In this document: piece after piece, positions 19,338 to 29,292 of the stretch
How the letters are laid out: every line of letters starts with the position of its first letter
How positions within the stretch are numbered: position 1 is the stretch's first letter
NCBI GenBank assembly: GCA_044356455.1
Contig: JBIKWF010000032.1
Coordinates: forward strand, 1-41,185
Direction of reading: 5' to 3'
DNA length: 41,185 nt
DNA from: Bdellovibrionota bacterium
GTDB lineage: Bacteria; Bdellovibrionota_C; UBA2361; JBGSMV01
Position numbers and translations under genes: made by a program
Notes under the pieces: model-generated
Database searches by the model: none
Told to the model about the DNA's origin: nothing
Seen by the model: only the letters and a program-made list of their open reading frames with translations

Positions 19338-22300
19338 TTCCCTTTCCATCCATTAGGAGGCTTACGAGGCGGTCTTCGAGTTGAATCACCCTTCTCTCCC
19401 CCTCTATCTCTATCGCGTCTAGCGTCTCCCTTTTCGTGCTTTTCTTGGTTCGAGGGACGCGGGTTCTTCACATGTCCTCCTGTATCGGAGCCATCTTCTG
19501 TGAAAAAATTGGGGTCCGGAAAAAACGGAAGAGAACATCGGTCTCTTGTGAATGACTTGCATATATCAGCATTTGGGACAGCGGTGCAATACAATGCGAT
19601 TGCGGCATATCCGGCAATTGGCACGCCTATTGTAATCGGAACTGCGATAGCAGGACTAAGCCCAGTTGGATCAGTAAAAATTAGAGGATTGGAATCTACG
19701 TAATCATACTGATTATCATCCCCCCTGTAGCCGATAGGATCTCTACTAATCCATCGTCTCAAATGCGGCGAATACCACCTCTGCCCCGCCAAAATAAAAC
19801 CAGCAGCATTCAAATTTGAGTGATATCCGTACTTCCCGCCGTAGCGGTGAGGATTATAAAAAGTTCCAGTGGTGGCAATGGTTTTGCCATATGCATCATA
19901 GAGGTACGTGTCTGTGACAGCTCCCGTCTCATCAGTTAAATACCTAGTCTCCGTCTGAGGACCAAAGTGATACCAAAGCGTCAAATCTCCAAGTGGAATA
20001 GGCATCACATCGGGAGGTGCGAGTGCTGATACCGCATACCCGCTCTGATCAGACTCATCTTCAAGCTGACTAAGCGGAGCTTCTAGCATTTCTCCAGCTA
20101 CGACTGCCTCAAAGGCAATAACCTGAATCCTGAAGAGTCTCTCGGAGACGAGTCCATCAGGCCCCCAGGTGTAAGCAACTTGCGGATATCCGCCTTGGAA
20201 CTCGCCAAGAAGTTTATCGCCCGCGTAGATGTAGTACCGCTTTACGGTGCCCTGCTGCTGAATAGCCCTTAAGCCCCGATGATTATACGTGTAAGTGGTG
20301 GTGCTAGAGCCAGAAACAAGCGTCTTAAGCTTGCTCTGCGTGTTCCAGGTCATGGTTGAGGCGGGAACACCGGTAGCGGTGAGCTGAGTAATATTACCGT
20401 CGAGGTCGTGGCTTATAGTCCCGCCCGTAAGAGAGGAGATCTTATTGGCAGCGTCATAGGTCGCAAACGGCGAAGCATTTACCTGCTCTAGGTTCCCTGC
20501 AAGGTCATAGAGGTAAGAAGAGGAATAAACGTTATTAACAGTCCTTGCCTCGGAGGTCAGCCTATAGAGGGAATTATACCCATAGGTCATCACCGCTCCT
20601 GAAAGCTCTGTTGCCTTGGTGAGATTTCCTACCGTGTTACTCGTTCCGTCATACTCAAGGCTGTAAGACGCAAAGGGGGTTCCCGCAAGCTTGTGCGTTA
20701 TGGAGGTGGGCCAGCTTCTTTGGTCGTTCCACGCAGTCTCAATCTTGGTGCCGTTGTGATTGAGCTGGGAAATGATCTTTCCCTCACCATCATAGGTAAA
20801 GGTGTTTGTTTGGTTAAACGACTTTACCGTCTTCATTTTGCCAGCAAGGTCGTACGTATATTCCCAAGTGCCAACGATGGTTGAGCCATTCTTCCAGGTA
20901 ATTTTCTTGAGAAGGTCCCCAGGGAAATACTCGTATTCGACTCTTTGAATAGCAGCCAGCCCTTGCGATGAGAAGTTGTAGACTTCTGCCTTGAGCAGTC
21001 TATTGGCGTAATACTCATAGGTCGTGGTTCCCGCCTGAGAGGTTGCAGTAAGCAGGGTCCCGTCTGCCCGGTAAGTATAGGTCAGGCTCGGGTCAGAAGT
21101 AGTCGGGAACGCTGTGGTGGTGAGCCTTCCAGAAGTATCGTAGGTATAGGTCTCGTCCTGAGACCTAGCGTTGGTCTTCTTCGCGAGCCTCGTTCGCACA
21201 TTATAGCTGTACTGCTCAGAACTCCCGTCAGGGTAGCTTGTCGTCTTTAGCTCCCCAGCCTTGCCATACGTATAGGTTGTCCCGTTAGCCCTCGCGTCAG
21301 TAAACCTCTTGACATCGAAATCAAGGTCTCTCGCCCAGGCTAGGACAAAACCAAGAGGTCTGGTGATTGATTCTAGACCACGGCAGTCCTTGCACCAGGT
21401 GTAACTCGTAACTGAGCCGGCTTCATCCTCCTCAGTGGCTACTCGGTCGCCAGAGTAAGTATACTCATACGTCTTGGTGTCTGGGTGAGTAAGAGTCAAG
21501 ACGCGCTTTATCGCGTCATACGTCCTTCTAGTTGTTTGTTTGGTTGCTGGATTCAAGGGGTCGATGTAGCTCGATTCCTCGAGCACATCTCAAAGCAGAG
21601 AATAAGAGTCAAAGGTGGTGAGGTCACCCTGTCCATCTTCAATCTCTTTGAGCAAGCCGTAGGAAGACGAGCTTGAGGTTTCGTCATAGGTGTAGGTCGT
21701 TGCCCCCACGGGTCCACCCGAGGGCGGGGTAAGGGAGGTCACTTGCCCAAATGAATTGTAGCCATAGGTCCATATATTCCCTAAGGCGTCTGTGACGGTG
21801 GTTGGCGAATTCGGAAGGCTAGGGTTCGTGTAGCCAATGGTGGAAACCGTTCCCAGGTTATCGGAAATTCCTGTGAGGTTTGAACCGCTATAGGTAAAGT
21901 TAGTGTAGTTCCCGCTCGCGTCAGTAATGCTTGTGACCTTGCCCTTGGGGGAATACGTGAGAGTCATGCTCTCAGTATCGTTTACGAAGGAAGTAAGGTT
22001 TCTATTTGCATCGTAGCCCAGGTTTAAGACGGAAGAACCTCCCGCGCCGGTGAGGGGAGTTAAGCCAATTGAGACGAGGTCACCTTTTACGGGACCATTA
22101 AAACCGTACCAGACAGTGCCTTGCTTCTTTGATTTAGTGACGACAAAGGGACCAACGGAGCCGAAGGCTGAAACGTCCCACATGATGTTTGCTTTACGTC
22201 CACTCGCATATCCGGCCGAGGCGAGAGGGACTGTGGTGCTTGGTTGCCGTGCGGGAGCTTCATAATAGGTAAAGTTTACCGTGGTATTCGGGTCTCCATC

Positions 22301-23818
22301 TCTCGTGAAGGAACTAAGCCTTCCACTGGAATATCCAAAGGCCGCGGTATAGGCGGTGCCTGAAGAGGCGTTCGATACGGCGAGATTCGTGAGCCTTCCC
22401 CCGGTGTAGGTTAGAGCTGTTACGGCTCCGCCACCGTTTTCGGTGACTGTGCTAATAGCTCCCGAGGCCCAGGTGAACTCAATCTTCTTCCCGGAACTTA
22501 CGTCGTCAACTCGAATGAGCTGCTGAGAGCCGTCATATACAAGGGACTGCTGATTGCCGCTCGGGTCCGTGATAGTAAGCAGCCTGCCTGAGGAATCAAA
22601 GTTGTAGGTGAAGTTCCCCGCCTCTTTGATACTTTCAGGGGGACCAGCTTCTGAGACGGTGTAGGTTCCGTTTCCATTTTGAGTGAAAATTGCGTAGGCG
22701 CCTGGCTCCGGGACTATGGCACCGAACCATTCCCCGTAGTCGTACCTCGCACCATCCCCGTCAACAAGCATTCGGCGCTGGCTTGGCACTCCGTTTATGT
22801 CGTACACGGTTTCTTCACGTACATGGATATCGTACGTGAAGGATGCGTTTGCCATGGGGCGGGTAAAGTTCACCGCCTGAGAGTTAACGTGAATGTTGTT
22901 TTTTAACGGATAGCCGCGGGTGGGGACGGGGTCCTTACAACTTATAATTGCGTTCCCTGAGTCAAGGCAGATAGCACCCGAGATGGGATCTTCTCCGCAT
23001 TGGACCTGCTGAGAAGCTCCGTTGCAGCCGCCGGGAGTGAGCTCGCGTTTTGGTACGGGGCCGATGAGTACGGCATAGGTGATGCCGGCTATTGCAGAGC
23101 GGCTGGTTGAGGAAGGAGGAGGCGGAGGGCTTCCTCCCGTCCCAAATCCTTGATCCTTAACCCAAGAAATAATGGGGTTCCCTACTGCGTAGTAGGGGAC
23201 TCCAGGCCACTCTGCGAAGAACGTGGATGAGTTTGAAGTCGCGCCTGAAGTTCTTAACTCCCTTCCGAAGGAGATAGTTCTCGTTACGGCGCCCCAAGCC
23301 TTTACAAACGCGCTTGAAGTTCCATCAAATTCAAATGGCGGGAACTGGTCGCAGGGGAGTGGCGGCTCTCCGCCAGTGCTTTCGGTCGCGACCAAGATAC
23401 TAGAGCAGGCGTTTTGAACTCCTGTTGCCTCTACAGAGCCATTTCTAAGGACTGATCTTACATAGGGAGCATTGGGAGTAAGAGAGTACGGACGAACGAT
23501 ATACCTTAACTTATCTACAGAACGTAACCCTTCGAAGGATTTCGAATGGTCGATGTCAATCATGCCTGCGCCGTTGGCTTCTATGTTCTGGGTGCTAATA
23601 AGCGTCATGGACCCGCCCGCGGGGTGTTCGTAGCGCTCTACTTTGTAGACGACCTCAGGAGCGGCGAGTGCCGTTGTTGAGAATAATACCACTGCCAAAA
23701 ACAATTGGAGCAGAGCGTAAAGCATAAGCACCGCGGGCTTATGAAAGGCATTTCTGTCCCCACAGCTGAATTTAGAGCTGCGCTCGAAAGCGCCCTCTTG
23801 AGTCCCTCGCTTCATCAT
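19319..23818 (-). pseudogene. Rhs/YD-repeat polymorphic toxin, 1500 codons, interrupted by one in-frame TGA (21590-21592)
   Basis: ORFs 21590..23818 and 19319..21586 share a frame (SYSLL*DVLEES); YD repeats throughout; core end RWISRDPIGY...NP..FTDPTGL; GGAG before ATG 23818. Confidence 0.85.
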
Positions 23819-23987
23819 ATGAATGGCTCCAGGGTAATCATCAACGGAACCGGACGACTTGGGGAACGTATCATCGAGACGCGTAGTTCACCAAATGATA
23901 TCTGGTTAGCGAAAAGTTAAGACTTTTTGCCATCCCTGAAATAGTTTCTGGACCAAGGATGGTTAGTGCGCCAATGGAGATACTTCG

Positions 23988-24338
23988 TTAGGCCCTCGCT
24001 CTCTTCGCAACCTCGTCCGCAATCACCATGCGCTAGACGTGGTTTGTGCCTGCTCTAATTTTTAGCATCTTAGCGTTGCGCATTAATTTTTCTACGCCGG
24101 ATTCCTTGATGTATTCGGCTTCGCCAAGGAGCTGTGCTGTATCGGTAGTAAAATTCCTCGCCGCGCCGGTAGCGAAGCGCTTAGCGTAACTCGTACGCAG
24201 TATGTTGTCTGGGTGCTTCGGATCTTAGGCAAGAAGTAGTACGGCTTGGCGCGTGAGGAGCTGGCCTGCTTCAAATCGCATCTTCATGTTGGCGAGCATC
24301 AACTGCTGACCCTGAAACTCGATAAGTTTAGATCCAAG
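23988..24338 (-). pseudogene. Acyl-CoA dehydrogenase C-terminal remnant
   Basis: Manual translation LGSKLIEFQGQQLMLANMKMRFEAGQLLTRQAVLLLA*DPKHPDNILRTSYAKRFATGAARNFTTDTAQLLGEAEYIKESGVEKLMRNAKMLKIRAGTNHV*RMVIADEV; matches ACAD C-terminal consensus with stops at 24225-24227 and 24033-24035. Confidence 0.85.
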
Positions 24339-24760
24339 CCCGCTCGAACCGCGAAAAAAGAAGTAGAAACTGGGGCCCAATCCATTCATCTTTCAGGTGA
24401 TGGCTCCTCACGGGAACCGGGTATCAGAATTGTTGCCATCGGGTGGGTTGAATGATCATGCGGCGCCCCATAGTGACTGACCTTACTGGAGGCAGATCCT
24501 ACCCCCTTTGCCTGATGACTTATTGGCGCTTCTTGCCTGATGGCGAAAAATTGACGCGGCATGCGCCGTGTAGGGATTTTACAGAGCAGCTAAGCATCCG
24601 AATTTAAACGGTTTTTTAAGCTTTGTGTAAAGGTTCCGGAGCAATTAGCCGAGCCTTTACTTGGCTCAGTTTGTGCTCTTCCTTTTAGGCGTAGCGGGCG
24701 GCCTCTCCTAAGGGTCGCTCAAGGAAAAACACAGCGGTTTTCATTCGGCGGGGTTTTCAG

Positions 24761-24946
24761 ATGGCTTCAAATACTTCTCCCAAAGTTGCAAAGAATGCTT
24801 CTGAAGCGTGCGAGATAATTGAGCTCGCGATTGGTGACCTTGAGATGCTCACAAGAGCCTTCAAGGTCATTCAAGATGTTTGCGAAGAGCGAGACTCAGA
24901 TGAGATTTCGCTTTCCATCGACACCCCTAGGTACGTCGTTAACTAA
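24761..24946 (+). CDS. Small acidic hypothetical protein (61 aa)
   Basis: G-rich putative RBS, fills otherwise empty gap, amphipathic helical composition; no family recognised. Confidence 0.45.
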   Translation: MASNTSPKVAKNASEACEIIELAIGDLEMLTRAFKVIQDVCEERDSDEISLSIDTPRYVVN

Positions 24947-25008
24947 GCAGACACCGCGCGGTACACCGTCAAATAACGCGGTACGCCGTCAATCAACAAG
25001 GTGCGCCC

Positions 25009-27153
25009 TTAAATAATCTGCTCAAGCCGCAAATAATCTTGCTGCGGTTCCACATCTGAAATTCGAAGAGTTATCCTATCCCCTGGCTTCACCTGCGCTA
25101 TGCATTTGACCATGGTGGGCATGAAGACTTCGTCGAGCTCGACGAGGGGGTTCTTGAGATCGGTTCTCAGCACGGTTCCTGTAATGATGCGAGCTTCTTT
25201 GCCTGGGCGCTGAGTGCGCTGCTTGAGATAGCGCAGCAGCCAGAATCGGCGCGTCTCTCTACTTACCGCAACAGCAGTGGCCAGAGGTTCTTCTGTGCCA
25301 TAAAGAATCTCCTCCATTTCAGACCTCGAATAGTGCGGGGTGCCTACCTGAAGGCAAGAAAGAATTTGTCTTTGATTACAAAGATCGACATAGCGCCTGA
25401 TAGGGGAGGTGCCTTGCAAATAGGCGTCTAATCCAAGTCCCGAGTGCAGCCCGGGTTCTAGTCCGACGGAGGACTTCTTGAGGCGTGAGCGTCCGGCGTA
25501 GTCGGCTGCAGGGCCTGGCGCGGCTTCTCCCGGCGCAGCTTCTCGATCTTGAGATGTAGCCGGTGCGCGGTCTTCGTCCGGTGCTTCCTGTCTTCTAAAC
25601 ACAACGGGGATGCGCTTCTCGACCGCAAAGCGTGCGAGAAGCGCATTGCCGAGAACCATCATTTCGCCGACCAATCCGCGGGCGGGACCATGCTCGTCAA
25701 TCTCGCGTAGGGCAAAGGTGCCGTCGTCGGCAACATCAATCACGAGGTCGCGTTTAAATACTTTCTGAGCTCCTCGCTCAAGACGCTCCTGCTCAAGCAC
25801 CCCTGCAAGCTGATAGAGGAGAAGGAGATTCTCGTTCTCGGCGTCGACCTTCTCTCGTTCAAGCAGCGCTTCAACCTCGTCGTAGGAGTAGCGTTTCGTG
25901 CTTCGCACGACGGAGGGTTTAATTTCAGCGCCTAGGACCTGCAGTGAGCTAGAAAGGGTCACCAAGCAACTGAGCGCGGGGCGGAGTTTTCCTTCCCGTA
26001 GCGAGAGCTTGTCCTCAGAGAGTGCCTCAGGGAGCATGTGCACGGTCTGATCGGGGAGATAGAGAGACGTCGCACGTTCTTTCGCAGTTCTATCTAATGC
26101 CGAACCGACGGGAATCATGGAGGCTACGTCGCTTATATGAATGCCGAGCAAATAACCATCGCGTGTACGTTCAATCGAGAGCGCGTCGTCCATGTCGAGA
26201 GTGGTGACATCATCGATGGTGAAGGCAGCGACGTTTGAAAGATCTACTCGATGAGCCTGGAATTCGGGGGAGTACTTATCCAACGAGTCATGCAGGCAAA
26301 GTTCATCGGCTTCTTTCAGCGCATCTCGTGAAAATCTGCGTGGGGGGCGATGGCGAATGAGTGGCAGGTTGGTGGTTTCAGAGAAATGCTTGGCATACGA
26401 CAAGAGGCCAAAGGCGCGCTGCTCCCGATTGCCGTTAAGTTCAAGTTTGAGCTGCTCAGCGCAGTAATCCACAAGGTCTTTTGCTTCCTTGTGTTTATTG
26501 TTCTCGAGGTGCTGCGCGTAAGCGGCGACTTCCTCAAGGAGAGTCAGGGAAGGAAGCAGCTCATCTGGAACTTCCGTTCCTGGAGAGGCGCGATTTTGCG
26601 CAATCCACTCTGCCATGGTTCCGCGAAGCTTAAGTTTGCGTTCGCGAACCTCTTCGGCGTGTTTAAGCTCTTCGACCGTAGACTCACTTCTAGGCAAGAA
26701 CCCGTCGCGCTCTCTCTTGAAGTAGACTTTGTCGTCGGCAAGCGCAAAGCGCAGAGCTAAGTAGTCGACCACGTCCACGCCTCCGGTGAGGAGATCGCAC
26801 AGGTCGCGGTTCGAATACTCCCTCTGCTCTGAGCGGACCACGCCCCAGAGCTCCTCTATGCTTAGATTTGGTGCACGCGCATGAGCTTCCGCCGCCAGAG
26901 TGGCAAGAAAAGAAGTTTTTTGCTCCAGGGTTCCCGCTTCCACAGGGAGTCGTCCCGGGACCGCATGCAGGCGATTGGCGGCGAGTTCTACTTCGCGTCC
27001 ACGCAAATTAAAGACGGTATATTTTTGTTTCTTGAATCCAAGGACCGCACCAAGAAGCATGCTTCCTTCGTGCTCGTACGTGACGAGTGAGCCATCCGGA
27101 AACCCGGAGTCTGATGCCCCTTTAAATGGGCTTTTTGCGGGAACAAGTTTCAT
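25009..27153 (-). CDS. RNase II/RNB-family exoribonuclease
   Basis: FTIDDVTTLDMDDALS, IHISDV, RATSLYLPD, H.GLGLDAY..TSPIRRYVD; start uncertain (27153 avoids overlap with pyrF). Confidence 0.93.
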   Translation of the reverse strand: MKLVPAKSPFKGASDSGFPDGSLVTYEHEGSMLLGAVLGFKKQKYTVFNLRGREVELAANRLHAVPGRLPVEAGTLEQKTSFLATLAAEAHARAPNLSIEELWGVVRSEQREYSNRDLCDLLTGGVDVVDYLALRFALADDKVYFKRERDGFLPRSESTVEELKHAEEVRERKLKLRGTMAEWIAQNRASPGTEVPDELLPSLTLLEEVAAYAQHLENNKHKEAKDLVDYCAEQLKLELNGNREQRAFGLLSYAKHFSETTNLPLIRHRPPRRFSRDALKEADELCLHDSLDKYSPEFQAHRVDLSNVAAFTIDDVTTLDMDDALSIERTRDGYLLGIHISDVASMIPVGSALDRTAKERATSLYLPDQTVHMLPEALSEDKLSLREGKLRPALSCLVTLSSSLQVLGAEIKPSVVRSTKRYSYDEVEALLEREKVDAENENLLLLYQLAGVLEQERLERGAQKVFKRDLVIDVADDGTFALREIDEHGPARGLVGEMMVLGNALLARFAVEKRIPVVFRRQEAPDEDRAPATSQDREAAPGEAAPGPAADYAGRSRLKKSSVGLEPGLHSGLGLDAYLQGTSPIRRYVDLCNQRQILSCLQVGTPHYSRSEMEEILYGTEEPLATAVAVSRETRRFWLLRYLKQRTQRPGKEARIITGTVLRTDLKNPLVELDEVFMPTMVKCIAQVKPGDRITLRISDVEPQQDYLRLEQII

Positions 27154-27178
27154 TCTAAGGGCGCTCAGTGCTGAACAT

Positions 27179-28117
27179 CTATCGAGCCATGCTTTCGGAA
27201 AGAGAGCTATTGAAGCCTTCAATGCGCTTTACAATCTCCTCGGCGAAGCTTTGTTTTGAGAGTGTAGCAGCATTTGAGAATGAAAAGATACCGCGCGAGA
27301 CATTCACAATTCCGCCTCGAGGAGGGCGTTCGGCCGTAAAACCTGCCAGGGCGTCTGCCGCGGAGCCGCCTTGGGCGCCAAGGCCTGGAATAAGAAAGTA
27401 GGATTTCGGCATGAGCTGTCTCAGGGCCCGGGCTTCATCAGGGTAGGTTGCGCCAACCACCGCACCTAAACCCGAGAGGCCAGAGGAACCGCTAAGCTCT
27501 GCCCCTCGTTCCGCAACCCAGGTTGCGACCCTGCCGGAAATAGAGAGACCTCTTTCGTCCTTTACATTCTGAAGTGCGGAAGAGCCTGGATTCGATGTTT
27601 TTACTAAGACAAAGAGTCCTTTCCCATACTGCACGCAGTCCTTCAAATATTCCTCGAGGGTGTCGAATCCAAGGAAAGGATTTACCGTAAGGGCATCAGC
27701 ATCAAAAACCGGATGGCTTGCGCCAAATGCTTTCACCCGTCCCAAAAATGCGGCGCTATAGGCCTGCGCAGTGGATCCGATATCTCCGCGCTTTGCGTCG
27801 GCAATCGTGAGCAGGGAATGCTCTTTGGCGCGCTTCATTAAGTAAGAGAACGCGGAAACGCCCGCGCTGCCATATTGTTCATAAAAGGCCAGGTTTGGCT
27901 TTATTGCCGCAACGCGCCCTTTGAGCAGTGGGAGCACCTCATCGAGGTAGGCAACTAATATTTCTTCCAATGACTTCTCCCAGTCCCCGGCATTTTTGGG
28001 TGAGTGGGCGTTCACAAGAAAACCAGGAAAGTCCTCAACCTTGAGGTCGAGTCCAGCGACGAGGACACTTTTGGTGGAGGAGATTGCAGAGGTGAGTCGG
28101 TCAGCAAAAGAAATCAT
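27179..28117 (-). CDS. pyrF: Orotidine-5'-phosphate decarboxylase
   Basis: KPNLAFYE, DAKRGDIGST, TVNPFLG, KTSNPGS, VVGATYP, LIPGLGAQGG. Confidence 0.97.
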   Translation of the reverse strand: MISFADRLTSAISSTKSVLVAGLDLKVEDFPGFLVNAHSPKNAGDWEKSLEEILVAYLDEVLPLLKGRVAAIKPNLAFYEQYGSAGVSAFSYLMKRAKEHSLLTIADAKRGDIGSTAQAYSAAFLGRVKAFGASHPVFDADALTVNPFLGFDTLEEYLKDCVQYGKGLFVLVKTSNPGSSALQNVKDERGLSISGRVATWVAERGAELSGSSGLSGLGAVVGATYPDEARALRQLMPKSYFLIPGLGAQGGSAADALAGFTAERPPRGGIVNVSRGIFSFSNAATLSKQSFAEEIVKRIEGFNSSLSESMAR

Positions 28118-28176
28118 AGTGGGTTGCCCTTGAAAGTTCTCTGGTTCCTGCCCGTGAGCTTGGTGCCGACGCCGCG

Positions 28177-29280
28177 TTAGGCAGAGGCACCTTTCTGCAC
28201 GAGCTTGCTGAGGAGCGCGTAGGGGTCTTGCTTGTTGTCGGCGGCGTACTGCTCTTTTACTTGATTCATGTCAGACAAAAATCGCTCCCAAGAGCCGCCG
28301 ATTTGGGCAAAGTGCTCTTTGAAGAGCTCAAGATGGGCAAGGTAGAGTTGCAGCTGCATGATCTCGGCATTGTTAACTGCTTTTAGTATCTGGAGCTCGG
28401 GATATTTCTCGCGGAGCGGGGCAATATGTTCACGAAAGAGTACCTCGCGTCTCGCAAGCTTCTGGTCTTTAGAAGCTGAGCTCTCATAAAGTTCCTTTAA
28501 GGCGGCATAGGCGCGTTCAATTCCTGCTGAAATGGCAAGCTCACGTTCCATGCTGCGACGTGCCTTCTCGAGGCTTGCTGATGCGTTGGTCAGGCAGTTT
28601 GTTCTGTCTGGTTCCGCGGTGACAGAGTTGCATGTGGCGAGGCGTCTTTCATAAAATTGCCTGCCTGCCTCGAAGCCGACGAAGTTGGCCAGGCACTCAT
28701 TGAAGGCGACGTGGTTCGGAACCCATATGGTGCTGTGAAGACTCTCGTGGAGCACGGTGTTGACGATGTGTTCCGGCGGATTTCTCAGCGTCGTAGAAAG
28801 GAGGGGGTCGTTAAACCAGCCGAGCGTACTAAAAGCCTCAGTACCTCGTACCCAGGTTTCGTAACCTTCGCTCTGGAGCTCTTTTGCTTCCTCTATGGCG
28901 TCCACTTTATCAAAAAATCCCTTGTAGGGGATTGATCCCACAAAAGGGAACCACCACGTGTAGAGCTTAAACTCGTCCTTGGGAGAGGCGGATACTACCC
29001 ACGCCACGGCTTCGCCCTTCACGCGAGAGTACTGAGTAAATGCTTCTTTGGGAGTAAGCCCAATATCGATGCCGAACTGGCGTGCCTCAAGTACCAGGGC
29101 AAGCTTTTCCTTCTCCTCCGCGGTGGTCTCCTCTGAGGCAATTCTTTCTGAAATGTCTTCGCGATTGACTAGAATTCGACTCTGTTCGTAGGCCGCTCGA
29201 ATAACGTAAAAGGGGCTACAGCCACATGCCAAGGAGGAAATAAGGAGTAGCGAAAGTGCCGTGCGCAATGCTTGAGTCAT
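28177..29280 (-). CDS. Putative zinc aminopeptidase lipoprotein
   Basis: Lipobox-like LACGC; WWFPFVGSIPYKGFF, AFSTLGWFNDPLLST, HESLH...FNE. Confidence 0.88.
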   Translation of the reverse strand: MTQALRTALSLLLISSLACGCSPFYVIRAAYEQSRILVNREDISERIASEETTAEEKEKLALVLEARQFGIDIGLTPKEAFTQYSRVKGEAVAWVVSASPKDEFKLYTWWFPFVGSIPYKGFFDKVDAIEEAKELQSEGYETWVRGTEAFSTLGWFNDPLLSTTLRNPPEHIVNTVLHESLHSTIWVPNHVAFNECLANFVGFEAGRQFYERRLATCNSVTAEPDRTNCLTNASASLEKARRSMERELAISAGIERAYAALKELYESSASKDQKLARREVLFREHIAPLREKYPELQILKAVNNAEIMQLQLYLAHLELFKEHFAQIGGSWERFLSDMNQVKEQYAADNKQDPYALLSKLVQKGASA

Positions 29281-29292
29281 GAAGTCCCTTTT

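Noticed and set aside
21590..21592. TGA=Gly recoding (genetic code 25) or selenocysteine at the Rhs internal stop
   Set aside because: No other conserved gene in the window has in-frame TGA; alaS and the DinB-like gene end at TGA at expected lengths; position corresponds to Gly not Cys and no SECIS-like hairpin is evident
18700..24400. Prophage or type VI secretion locus around Rhs
   Set aside because: No integrase, phage structural, VgrG, PAAR or Hcp genes in the window
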